Virus record (IMG/VR): IMGVR_UViG_3300049050_000056
Span: 1-25,379 of that record
Length of the DNA: 25,379 nucleotides
Reading direction: 5' to 3' (one strand)
DNA from: a virus
Lineage: Duplodnaviria > Caudoviricetes
Part shown: piece by piece, positions 6,583-15,150 of the stretch
Layout: each line of letters opens with the position of its first letter
Numbering within the stretch: the stretch's first letter is position 1
The notes under the pieces: generated by a model
The model's database searches: none
Told to the model about the DNA's origin: nothing
Seen by the model: the letters and a program-made list of their open reading frames with translations, nothing else
Position numbers and translations under genes: made by a program

Positions 6583-8472
6583 ATGAGTATCCGAGAGATT
6601 ATTGAACATTACGGGGGGGTATTCTCTGGGGTTAAGTGTTGTTGTCCAATCCACAACGAAAAAACACCAAGTCTTCAAATTTATGAAGAAACAGATTCTT
6701 GGCATTGTTTTGGTGAATGCTGGACAGGAGGAGACTCTATTGCTTTTATTAGAACAATAGAAGATTGTTCTTTTCCAGAAGCAATTAGTATAATGTCTGA
6801 GATTTTACAAACAACGGAGGATGATGTACGTAACATGTTAGAAGAAAAAAAAGAAGAATCAAAACAAATTGTGGACTTTGATAATAAACCAATGGCTCAA
6901 GGCGAAGCTCGTGAGTTTGCACTAAAGATCGGATTTAAAGCAAAAGGTTATCGAGGTATCCGTGATGAAATTAATTTATTTTATGGTCATTGTACAAAGT
7001 TAGATTCAAACGGTAATGTGCTTGCTCGTTATTATCCTGAAACTAACTCTAAAGGGGAGGTTACAGGTTTTAAGTGTCGAAATCACCCGAAAGACTTCAG
7101 TCACGGTAAAATTGGTCTAACAGGTAGTAAGAGCCAGCTTAGCGGTCAATTTAAGTTTAACTCTGGTGGTAAATATGTTTTGATCGTCGGCGGGGAAGAA
7201 GATAAAGCCGCCGCCTACCAAATGCTCAAAGATAGTCAAAAAGACGGTTTTACAGGAATTGCTGTTGTTAGTCCTACTTCTGGAGAAACTAGTGCCGCTA
7301 AACAATGTGCCGCTCAGTATGATTTTCTTGACCAATATGAAATTATTATTATTGGTATGGATAATGACGAAGCAGGTAACAAGGCTGCTGTAGAAATTGC
7401 TAAAGTTCTACCTAAAGAAAAGATTAGGATTGCCAAATGGTCTGCTAAAGACCCTAACAAAATGCTTGAGGATGGTTTACAGAATCAATTTATTAGGGAT
7501 TTTTATAATGCAAAAGAACTTGTTAGTAGCGGTATTTCGTCGTCTGCTGATGCAGAAGCAGGACTTGAAGACTTTCTAACTGCACCTAAAATTGGTCTTC
7601 CTCCACAGCTTCATAGGCTAGAGAAAGCCATGCGAGGGGGCATTAAGTCAACAGGTGCTGTTGTTAATATTATTGGGGACACAAGTATTGGTAAGAGCTT
7701 CCTTTCCGATACTCTGCTTTATGAATGGATTTTTAACAGTCCCCTTGTGCCCACTGTTGTGAGTCTTGAGCGTACAAAAGATGAGTTAACAATTGATCTT
7801 CTATCTATGCATCTCAAGAAAAATCTCATGTGGTTTACTGATGGTCACGATGCTGTCGAGTACCTGAATCGTCCAGAAGTTCAAGTTTTAAAGAATCGAT
7901 TACTGTATAATGATGAAGGTAAGCCTCGATTTTTCATCATTGATGAGCGCGAAGGTGATATTGAGATTCTAAAGCGTCAGATGGAAAAAAGCGGTAAGGT
8001 TAACGATTCAACTCTGATGGTCATTGACCCACTAACAGACTTCCTACGCTCGCTCGGTACTGATGTGCAAGAAAACTTCATGATGTGGCAGAAACTACAG
8101 AAGAAAAACGGCTTCGTGTTTATCAATATTCTTCACACACGAAAGCCACCAACTGATAAAGATGGTAATGTTCGTCGAGTAATTGAATATGATGCGCTTG
8201 GTTCTGGTACATTCATTCAGTCAGCAGACATTAACATTGTAATTAATCGTGATAAAATGTCAGATGACCCGATTGAACGTAACACCACTTATGTTGATAT
8301 GCCCAAATGTCGTGGTGGTATTACCGGGGAAATTTGTGCTCTTTACTACGACGCCGAAACTCGACAGCAATATGATAGAGAAGATTATTTTAATCAACAA
8401 ACAGAAAATCTTCCGCAAGACCTGGCTGATTGGGTAGAGGGTCTAGAAGGAGATAATTCGATTGATTTTTAA
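6583..8472 (+). CDS. DNA primase-helicase (CHC2 zinc finger, TOPRIM, DnaB/SF4 helicase)
   Basis: CPIHNEKTPS...WHCFGEC; GGEED and MDNDEAG TOPRIM motifs; Walker A GDTSIGKS; VIDPL; KCRGG. Confidence 0.93.
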   Translation: MSIREIIEHYGGVFSGVKCCCPIHNEKTPSLQIYEETDSWHCFGECWTGGDSIAFIRTIEDCSFPEAISIMSEILQTTEDDVRNMLEEKKEESKQIVDFDNKPMAQGEAREFALKIGFKAKGYRGIRDEINLFYGHCTKLDSNGNVLARYYPETNSKGEVTGFKCRNHPKDFSHGKIGLTGSKSQLSGQFKFNSGGKYVLIVGGEEDKAAAYQMLKDSQKDGFTGIAVVSPTSGETSAAKQCAAQYDFLDQYEIIIIGMDNDEAGNKAAVEIAKVLPKEKIRIAKWSAKDPNKMLEDGLQNQFIRDFYNAKELVSSGISSSADAEAGLEDFLTAPKIGLPPQLHRLEKAMRGGIKSTGAVVNIIGDTSIGKSFLSDTLLYEWIFNSPLVPTVVSLERTKDELTIDLLSMHLKKNLMWFTDGHDAVEYLNRPEVQVLKNRLLYNDEGKPRFFIIDEREGDIEILKRQMEKSGKVNDSTLMVIDPLTDFLRSLGTDVQENFMMWQKLQKKNGFVFINILHTRKPPTDKDGNVRRVIEYDALGSGTFIQSADINIVINRDKMSDDPIERNTTYVDMPKCRGGITGEICALYYDAETRQQYDREDYFNQQTENLPQDLADWVEGLEGDNSIDF

Positions 8473-8481
8473 GGAGAGCAA

Positions 8482-10236
8482 GTGAAAGGTTTAGATATTA
8501 TTTACGATAAAGAGACATATGCAAATGTTTACTCAATGTGCGTTGTTGATGAAAATGGTGAAAATTTTCAGGAATTTGAAATCAGCTCACGTAAGAATGA
8601 TAGTGAACGAATTCTAAACTTTTACAGAGATTGTATTCGTAATAAAAATCGAATGGTTGGTTTTAACAATCGATCATTCGATTACACAATTATTCACTAC
8701 ATGATTGAGAAAGCTAAGAAATGTAAACAGCAAAATATTTCTTGTGTTTTCACTGCTCAAGAAATTTATAAAGTAGCTGAAGAATATTTCAAGAAACAAA
8801 AAGGTAGTGATAGAGCTTTCAATCCAATCAAAGATTCTGATGTGGTTATCCCACAAGTGGATTTGTATCTTATTCACCATTTTGATAACAAGGCTCGTGC
8901 TACATCTCTGAAAATGCTAGAATTCAACATGCGTTCTGAAGAGATTGAAGACTTACCATTTCCGCCAGGCTATGTGTTGAGGGAGGAAGAAATTCCTATT
9001 CTTCTTAAATACAATAAAAAAGATATTTTTGAAACATTAAAGTTTTACAATGAATCAAAAGAAGCTTTACAGCTTCGAAAAGAACTTGGTGAGAAATTTG
9101 GATTCGATTGTACAAATTACAACGACACAAAGATTGGAAAGCAACTTTTCATTGATCGGCTTGAGAAAGAAAACCCGGGATGTTGTTATACATACGGAAA
9201 ATTTGGACGTAAAATCAATCAGACAAAACGCGATAAAATCGTAATCAAAGATTGTTTGTTCGATTACATTGATTTTTCAAAGAATCGTCCTGAATTTAAA
9301 GCCGTTCATGAATGGTTCAAGAAACAGGTGATTACAGAAACAAAAGGAGTTTTTACTGATCTTCTTGAGCACGATCTCGGAGATGTTGCAAAATATGCTG
9401 AGATGAAGGTTAAGAAAGTTAAATTCAAATCTTCACCTTCTGAGAAAGAAATTAAAGATATGAAAAATCTTTATCCTCTTGGTTGGCTTGAAGAAACTGA
9501 GCTAAAAGCAACAGAAACCCTTAAAGATGAAAATGGTAATTCTGTAAAAGAAAAATACATTGACGATAAAGGCAGAGAGAAAGAGCGAGTAGTAAAAGTT
9601 CCTAAAAAGTCATATCATTGGTGTTTCAGCAATATTGCTGAAACACTCAATGTATCAATCAATGGGTTTCGTTATGACTTTGGGGTTGGTGGTATTCATG
9701 GAGCTAAACAAGGAACTCACAGGTCTAGTGATAAAAGAAAACTTCGTACACTAGATGTTGCAAGTTATTATCCAAATATGGCTATTGCTAATAATGTGTA
9801 TCCTAAACATCTTGGGATGACATTCTGTAAAGTGTATAAGGATTTGTACGAAGAACGTAAACGTCATGATAAGAAGTCAGCAGCTAACAAAGCCCTTAAG
9901 CTTGCTCTGAATGGAACATACGGTGATAGTAACAATGAATTTAGTCCTTTGTATGATCCAGCTTATACAATGACAATCACTATTGGTGGACAGCTTTCTC
10001 TTTGTATGCTTATGGGTGCTTTGATTGACCACTGTCATGCTGAAATCATTATGTGTAATACTGATGGTTTTGAGTATTTTGTTGATGTTGAAATGATTGA
10101 AAAAGCTGATAAAATTGTACAACGTTGGGAAGAAGTAACTGGTCTTGAGATGGAAGGAGATACATATGACGTAATGTATGTGGCTGATGTAAACTCTTAC
10201 GTAGCAATAAAAGAGGATAAGGATGTTAGTAAGTAA
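8482..10236 (+). CDS. family-B-type DNA polymerase, N-terminal part (3'-5' exonuclease, palm, fingers)
   Basis: Exo motifs YDKET, GFNNRSFD, YNKKD; polymerase motifs DVASYYPN, KLALNGTYG, NTDG; stops shortly after DVNSYVAI; AAGGAG RBS, GTG start. Confidence 0.92.
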   Translation: MKGLDIIYDKETYANVYSMCVVDENGENFQEFEISSRKNDSERILNFYRDCIRNKNRMVGFNNRSFDYTIIHYMIEKAKKCKQQNISCVFTAQEIYKVAEEYFKKQKGSDRAFNPIKDSDVVIPQVDLYLIHHFDNKARATSLKMLEFNMRSEEIEDLPFPPGYVLREEEIPILLKYNKKDIFETLKFYNESKEALQLRKELGEKFGFDCTNYNDTKIGKQLFIDRLEKENPGCCYTYGKFGRKINQTKRDKIVIKDCLFDYIDFSKNRPEFKAVHEWFKKQVITETKGVFTDLLEHDLGDVAKYAEMKVKKVKFKSSPSEKEIKDMKNLYPLGWLEETELKATETLKDENGNSVKEKYIDDKGREKERVVKVPKKSYHWCFSNIAETLNVSINGFRYDFGVGGIHGAKQGTHRSSDKRKLRTLDVASYYPNMAIANNVYPKHLGMTFCKVYKDLYEERKRHDKKSAANKALKLALNGTYGDSNNEFSPLYDPAYTMTITIGGQLSLCMLMGALIDHCHAEIIMCNTDGFEYFVDVEMIEKADKIVQRWEEVTGLEMEGDTYDVMYVADVNSYVAIKEDKDVSK

Positions 10237-10888
10237 GCTAAAGGGTCAGGGTGGTATTTACAAAATAACCAACATTGTTAACGGTAAGTGCTATATAGGA
10301 AGAACTTCTGATTTTTACCGAAGATCACATCATTACATCTATGATTTCCACAACCAGAGAAGTAGACAAATAAACGAATACATGCTAAGGTCAATGATAA
10401 AACACGGAATCGAAAATTATACATTTTCTGTCATAGAAATTTGCGATCAAGATATTATAGAAGAAAGAGAACTTTTCTGGATAAGGTACTTTAATTCCAC
10501 CAACAGGGAATTTGGTTATAATCTACGTACAGATGAATGCGGTGCAATGATAGTACATGACTTGACAAGAAAGAAAATTTCTGAAAGATTGAAATTAGAA
10601 TGGAGTTCTGGCGTGAGAGTTGGTCATTCAGATAAACTGAAAGCTTCTTGGGAAAACAGAGATAAAGACTCTCAGTCTAAACTTATGAGTAAGAATCTAA
10701 CGAAATACTTATACAGGGTGTTTAGAGATGAATATTCAGAAGACGTTCCGTATAAAAGACTGAAAGAACTTGGTTTGCATGGATGTATTAGCAAGTTTGC
10801 AAAATACAAAACTGATACTGTAGATTTTAAAGGATTGAAAATAGAGAGGTTGAAAATTGAAACATACGGAAAAGATTCAGACGATTAG
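10223..10888 (+). CDS. GIY-YIG homing endonuclease inserted in the DNA polymerase gene
   Basis: GIYKITNIVNGKCYIG, catalytic-type R, ERELFWI, GYN; overlaps both polymerase fragments; rich in AGA/ATA codons unlike the flanking genes. Confidence 0.92.
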   Translation: MLVSKLKGQGGIYKITNIVNGKCYIGRTSDFYRRSHHYIYDFHNQRSRQINEYMLRSMIKHGIENYTFSVIEICDQDIIEERELFWIRYFNSTNREFGYNLRTDECGAMIVHDLTRKKISERLKLEWSSGVRVGHSDKLKASWENRDKDSQSKLMSKNLTKYLYRVFRDEYSEDVPYKRLKELGLHGCISKFAKYKTDTVDFKGLKIERLKIETYGKDSDD

Positions 10889-11354
10889 AACCTTAATTAA
10901 GTCTGGTAAAGTAAAAACGAAAGGTCGTTATGAAGTCATGCCCCATAATGAAATCGGTTGGCATAAGAACCAATCCGCAATGATCGTGTCTATGGCAGCG
11001 TTGGCTGAGTTACTTGCTCTAGACACTGCGGAAAACTTTATTCGTTCTCACAAAGACCCTTACGATTTTGTTCTTCGCACTAAGGTACAAAGAAATTCAA
11101 AGCTTTTTCTTTGTTATGAAGACGGGCGAGAGGAACAGCAACAGAATATTTGTCGTTACTATCCTGCCTTGGAAGGCGGTAAGCTGGTTAAACTCATGCC
11201 TCCCCTTGAAGAAGGTGGGGATTGGAGACGTCTTGGTATTGATACAGAATATTCTGTGCTAACTTGTAATAACATGAAAGATTTTGATTGGAATAAAATC
11301 AATTATGATTATTACATTACAGAAGCTCAAAAATTGATTGATGGTGTAAAATAA
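10857..11354 (+). CDS. family-B-type DNA polymerase, C-terminal (thumb) part
   Basis: GKVKTKG.Y, WHKNQS, QNICRYY and INYDYYI.EA.KL motifs continue the polymerase; GAGAGG SD upstream of TTG 10857. Confidence 0.85.
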   Translation: MKHTEKIQTIRTLIKSGKVKTKGRYEVMPHNEIGWHKNQSAMIVSMAALAELLALDTAENFIRSHKDPYDFVLRTKVQRNSKLFLCYEDGREEQQQNICRYYPALEGGKLVKLMPPLEEGGDWRRLGIDTEYSVLTCNNMKDFDWNKINYDYYITEAQKLIDGVK

Positions 11355-11357
11355 AGC

Positions 11358-11385
11358 TTGACATATTTCTATTTTAGTGTAGAAT
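11358..11385 (+). promoter_or_regulatory. sigma70-type promoter
   Basis: TTGACA-N16-TAGAAT in the gap after the polymerase. Confidence 0.75.
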
Positions 11386-11419
11386 GTGTGTCATGTGTTG
11401 AAAACAAAGGAGAAAATAA

Positions 11420-11629
11420 ATGTTTAAAATTGGTGATAAACTTAAGATTGAGGTCGTTGTAAATGATCTGTGCGATTCAGGTGTAACTTTAACGACAAGT
11501 TCAGGTTATCAATGGTGGATTTCTGAAGAAGATTTGAAGTGTGAAGTTGAAATTGCAGATAAAGAATTTGTAAAGAAATCAATTGAACGTCAAATCAAAG
11601 AACTACAAGATAAATTGGAGAAACTGTAA
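11420..11629 (+). CDS. hypothetical protein
   Basis: AAGGAG RBS; C-terminal coiled coil. Confidence 0.78.
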   Translation: MFKIGDKLKIEVVVNDLCDSGVTLTTSSGYQWWISEEDLKCEVEIADKEFVKKSIERQIKELQDKLEKL

Positions 11630-11850
11630 TGTCGAAAGAGAAAATTCTAGAGTTTCTTGATAAACTAGAAAGCACTTATGATTTTGATGATGAATTTTTT
11701 CAAGGCTATACGGGGCGAGATGATTCATTTGATATCTCTGACTACGACAGTGGTAATTTCGATGATGCTGTAGATCTCGGCTTCAATGCTGGTCAGCTTT
11801 ATGCAGCAGAAGAGATTTTTAATGAACTTAGAAAATTTATGGAGAAATAA
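11629..11850 (+). CDS. acidic hypothetical protein
   Basis: GGAG RBS, TAATG overlap. Confidence 0.75.
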   Translation: MSKEKILEFLDKLESTYDFDDEFFQGYTGRDDSFDISDYDSGNFDDAVDLGFNAGQLYAAEEIFNELRKFMEK

Positions 11851-11852
11851 AT

Positions 11853-12053
11853 ATGACTAATTATATTGTGCGAGTAAAAGCTTACTCAGAATTTCTTGTG
11901 ACAAATGCTGAATCGGAAGAACACGCTCTTGATCTTGTAAGTGATGAAATCAGTATTAGCCCTTTTGAAATTGATGAAATGTATATTGACCAGACTCTTG
12001 ATGAAGAAGATGATCTAGAACATTACAAAGATTTAGTTGAAAACGTAATTTGA
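11853..12053 (+). CDS. acidic hypothetical protein
   Basis: GGAG RBS; 66 aa. Confidence 0.75.
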   Translation: MTNYIVRVKAYSEFLVTNAESEEHALDLVSDEISISPFEIDEMYIDQTLDEEDDLEHYKDLVENVI

Positions 12054-12067
12054 TTAAGGGGGTTGCA

Positions 12068-12247
12068 ATGAAACAATTTAAACGTGATGTTAATAATATA
12101 AAAGCTTGGGCTTGCATTGATGAAGAAATTGGTGTAGTTGGTATTTGGGAAACTCGTGAAGAAGCACGTAAAAATAAACGTTATGCAAAAAAGCATGGCC
12201 ACAAACAAGTGATTGTCCGTCTAGCTTTTGATAGTGTAGTGCGGTAA
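12068..12247 (+). CDS. basic hypothetical protein (start revised to ATG 12068)
   Basis: AAGGGGG RBS before ATG 12068. Confidence 0.7.
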   Translation: MKQFKRDVNNIKAWACIDEEIGVVGIWETREEARKNKRYAKKHGHKQVIVRLAFDSVVR

Positions 12248-12248
12248 A

Positions 12249-12452
12249 ATGAATAATAACTCTGCACCTTTTCCTCTTCTTGGAATTCTTGGGCTAATTT
12301 TCATCACTCTTAAACTGTCTGGTATTGGTGTTGTTGCAACTTGGAGTTGGTTATGGGTTCTAAGTCCTTTTTGGATTCCTCTTGCAATTGCTTTTAGTTT
12401 GATTGGGATTGCCATGATTTTTGCCGTGATTGTAAATCGTACTCTTAAATAA
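12249..12452 (+). CDS. two-helix membrane protein of a widespread phage family
   Basis: LGLIFITLKL.G...WSWLWVLSPFWIP signature. Confidence 0.78.
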   Translation: MNNNSAPFPLLGILGLIFITLKLSGIGVVATWSWLWVLSPFWIPLAIAFSLIGIAMIFAVIVNRTLK

Positions 12453-12466
12453 GGAGAAAATAAATA

Positions 12467-12685
12467 ATGAATGCTCGTAAATCTAAAGCTCTACGCGGTG
12501 CTGCTCGAAATGCTTCTGTTGGTCTTCCATACGAACAATATGAAATCACTTACAAAAATGTTCGTGCTTTCACTGATTTTGCTGGGAATGTAAAACCATA
12601 CTATGTTCACACAATTGCTCTTTCCAAAGATTGTGAGAAAGCTGTATATCGTGATTTGAAAAAGCTAGTTAAAAAGGGTGAATAA
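12467..12685 (+). CDS. basic hypothetical protein
   Basis: AAGGAG RBS; MNARKSKALR start. Confidence 0.75.
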   Translation: MNARKSKALRGAARNASVGLPYEQYEITYKNVRAFTDFAGNVKPYYVHTIALSKDCEKAVYRDLKKLVKKGE

Positions 12686-12992
12686 AATGGGAGAGCTTCT
12701 TTGGTACAAATTCACAGAACATAACGATCATGAAGGAGAAACTTGGCACTTCTATATTCTTCTCACTGAAGAAGAAGCTGATCATCTTAACATGCTAGTA
12801 GATGACGATGTGTACGAACTGACAGGTCCTATTGAAGAAAGTTACATTGAAAATAAAATCAAATGGCAAGATGACTGTGGGTACATGCCAAAACACAATA
12901 AATGTGGGCGGCCCAAGCTGAATATCCTTGATATTACTTTTGAAGATGTGGATGAAGATGATCCCTTCTACAAAGGACAGGCTTGGATGTAA
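12678..12992 (+). CDS. acidic hypothetical protein (may start at ATG 12687)
   Basis: 104-aa ORF; E.NDHEGETW.F pattern. Confidence 0.75.
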   Translation: MNKMGELLWYKFTEHNDHEGETWHFYILLTEEEADHLNMLVDDDVYELTGPIEESYIENKIKWQDDCGYMPKHNKCGRPKLNILDITFEDVDEDDPFYKGQAWM

Positions 12993-12997
12993 AGAAT

Positions 12998-13044
12998 TCA
13001 AGTAGCAATACTTGACTAACCAGAAAAGACAGAAGTTCTTTTCT
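12998..13044 (+). promoter_or_regulatory. tandem hairpins in the SSB leader
   Basis: TCAAGTA-GCAA-TACTTGA (12998-13015) and AGAAAAGA...TCTTTTCT (13022-13044). Confidence 0.5.
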
Positions 13045-13072
13045 ATCTAAATGTAAATAAGAGGAAATCTAA

Positions 13073-14011
13073 ATGTTTGAAGTTTATGGTGTTGATCAAA
13101 AAGAAAGCAATCGTTCCAATACTGTTGATTTTGATGCTATTAATCGATATGTTGTAGAAACTGCCGGTCTTCAAGATCGTGAAACAATCCCTGGTGTAGT
13201 TTCCGCTATTATTGATCTTGGTACTCAAGAACAACCAGATGCTGAGATGGTGTTTGTTGGTGATGAAGAAGACGAAAAGAAAGCTATTGCTGAATTTCCT
13301 CTTACTTACTTCAAGGATGGTTTTGATCCTGAAACCAAGAAGCCTGTTCGTCTGAAATGCTGGCCTCAGAAACCAATTCAATGTGTTGCTGTAGCTGTGG
13401 ACATTCCTGATATTCTGGTGGATAAAGGTCAGTTCTTCGGTGAATCCAAGCCTCTGCCGCTTCGTCTGTATCTTGGTGGTCAATTCTACATTGAAGGTGC
13501 TGGAATGGTTGTACAACGTCCCACTCCGCTTAAAGTAAACAAGAAACTTGGTGATTGGAGTCTTGATCAGAAGCATCTATTCTATAAGATGGCTGTTGCT
13601 GCTAAAATTATCAAAGCAGGTGAAGTTTTCAAGCCTTCTCGTATTAGTGAGCTACTTGGTCAAGCATTCCAATTTGATGCTCAAGTGTTCTTTAAAGAGA
13701 GCAAAGGGAAGAGTTATTACACTGAATACATCAAGTTTGTAAGTGGTCTTGGGCGTGGTCAAAGCGTACCAGAACTTCCCAATAAACCTGTTCTGATTCA
13801 GTTTAACAAGGAAAATGATCCTGAAGCTATCAAAGAGCTTCGTGCTCATGTGGTTAACACCATTAAACGTGCTAGTAACTACGAAGGCTCTGCAATTCAA
13901 AAACAAATTGAAGCTGTTCGTGGTGTGTCTGAAGTAAAACCCAAGCAAGAAAAAGAAGAGGAAGCGCAAGATACTTTTGAAGATAATTTCGATCAAGATA
14001 TTCCATTCTGA
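13073..14011 (+). CDS. probable single-stranded DNA-binding protein
   Basis: IIDLGTQ motif, acidic tail ending DQDIPF, strongly biased codon use, replication-cluster position. Confidence 0.72.
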   Translation: MFEVYGVDQKESNRSNTVDFDAINRYVVETAGLQDRETIPGVVSAIIDLGTQEQPDAEMVFVGDEEDEKKAIAEFPLTYFKDGFDPETKKPVRLKCWPQKPIQCVAVAVDIPDILVDKGQFFGESKPLPLRLYLGGQFYIEGAGMVVQRPTPLKVNKKLGDWSLDQKHLFYKMAVAAKIIKAGEVFKPSRISELLGQAFQFDAQVFFKESKGKSYYTEYIKFVSGLGRGQSVPELPNKPVLIQFNKENDPEAIKELRAHVVNTIKRASNYEGSAIQKQIEAVRGVSEVKPKQEKEEEAQDTFEDNFDQDIPF

Positions 14012-14023
14012 TATTTGCTAAAT

Positions 14024-14051
14024 AGAGGGGAACACTGTTCCTCTCTTTCTT
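14024..14051 (+). terminator. probable intrinsic terminator/attenuator after SSB
   Basis: AGAGGGGAAC-ACT-GTTCCTCTCT stem followed by TTCTT. Confidence 0.6.
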
Positions 14052-14063
14052 AAGGAGAAATTT

Positions 14064-14264
14064 ATGGAAATTGAAATCAAACTCACCGAAAAAGAATACT
14101 ACATTCTAAACGTAATTCTTGGTCATCTTATTCCTAATGATGAAACATCGTCTATTCTTGATAAATTCAACATGGAGCTAGACTGTGAAGATTATGCTAA
14201 ACTAAAATTCGAAATGGATTCAGATGGTTTTATGACTTTTGAATTTCAGGAGGAGGAAGAGTGA
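14064..14264 (+). CDS. acidic hypothetical protein
   Basis: TAAGGAG RBS. Confidence 0.75.
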   Translation: MEIEIKLTEKEYYILNVILGHLIPNDETSSILDKFNMELDCEDYAKLKFEMDSDGFMTFEFQEEEE

Positions 14265-14443
14265 ACGATAAGGTTGATTTTCTAGTTGATAATAATTCTG
14301 AAATGCTTGAAGTAATTGTCAATGGTCGTACTGTAGCTTTTGGTAATTTTTGGGATTTTGATTATATGAGAGATGTTCCGTCTCTTCTTCGTGAGCTTGG
14401 AATCAATGTAGAAGTTAAAAATTGTCACATTATTTTAGACTGA
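14261..14443 (+). CDS. hypothetical protein
   Basis: GGAGG RBS, GTGA overlap. Confidence 0.72.
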   Translation: MNDKVDFLVDNNSEMLEVIVNGRTVAFGNFWDFDYMRDVPSLLRELGINVEVKNCHIILD

Positions 14444-14458
14444 ACAAAGGAGAAAATT

Positions 14459-14671
14459 ATGTTTGATTTCTTTAAACCAAAAACTCAAACGGTGTTTGTA
14501 AGTGGGGTGTTTTACAAAGAAATGTCCCCTGAGAACGTTCATGTATTTTGCGAATACGGAAAAGTTGGTAAAGGTCGAACTTATGAGACACCTTATGATC
14601 TGATTGATGCTGTTAGGAAACTCCATCAACAAGGTGGCTATATTACTAAATTTGAAATCGTTAATTTTTAA
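14459..14671 (+). CDS. hypothetical protein
   Basis: AAGGAG RBS. Confidence 0.75.
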   Translation: MFDFFKPKTQTVFVSGVFYKEMSPENVHVFCEYGKVGKGRTYETPYDLIDAVRKLHQQGGYITKFEIVNF

Positions 14672-14685
14672 TAAAGGAGAAAATT

Positions 14686-14886
14686 ATGCAATCATATCAA
14701 AAAAGAGTCATGGATGAATATAATGATCTTCAACTAAAGATTGATAAACTACATGATTTTATCATTTCTCCAGATTTTGATGAAAAAGTTGGTGACCCTG
14801 AAGAATGTTCCCGTTTAGTATATCAACGACACACCATGATTCAATACGCTCTGGCACTAAAAGAACGAATCGACAATTTTAAATAA
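14686..14886 (+). CDS. small helical protein, crAss001_48-like family
   Basis: YQKRV..E...L..KI.KL..FI...L..Q...M..Y...L.ERI..F pattern; AAGGAG RBS. Confidence 0.65.
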   Translation: MQSYQKRVMDEYNDLQLKIDKLHDFIISPDFDEKVGDPEECSRLVYQRHTMIQYALALKERIDNFK

Positions 14887-14898
14887 AGGAGAAAACCA

Positions 14899-15150
14899 AT
14901 GAAAGAAGTAGAACTGTTTAATCGTCTAGCACAACTAGAGGCTGAAAAACTCACTCTGTCCGAAGATATTCGTCAACTGAAAGCTGATGTTAAATATCAC
15001 CCTGAAGACAATCCAAGCGGTATTCCTAGCGATGATATTAAAGTGATTGCTCAAGCTGCAAAACTGAAAGCAAAGCAAGATTTCTCTGAAAAGAAAGAAC
15101 TAGCAATTGCTGTATTTAAGAAATATGAAGAACTTGCAGGAGAAGAATAA
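14899..15150 (+). CDS. putative dsDNA-binding protein (GapR/DUF2312 or T4 DsbA-like)
   Basis: RLAQLEAEK..LSEDI..LK....DIKVI...AKL pattern. Confidence 0.5.
   Translation: MKEVELFNRLAQLEAEKLTLSEDIRQLKADVKYHPEDNPSGIPSDDIKVIAQAAKLKAKQDFSEKKELAIAVFKKYEELAGEE

Noticed and set aside
10223-10901. Group I intron or intein in the DNA polymerase
   Set aside because: The GIY-YIG ORF overlaps both polymerase parts, leaving no space for a catalytic core; I see no P7-type conserved elements; the frames differ and there are no intein C/S...HN termini
13012-13045. Promoter for SSB starting at TTGACT
   Set aside because: No acceptable -10 at 16-18 nt; the hexamer is part of a hairpin arm
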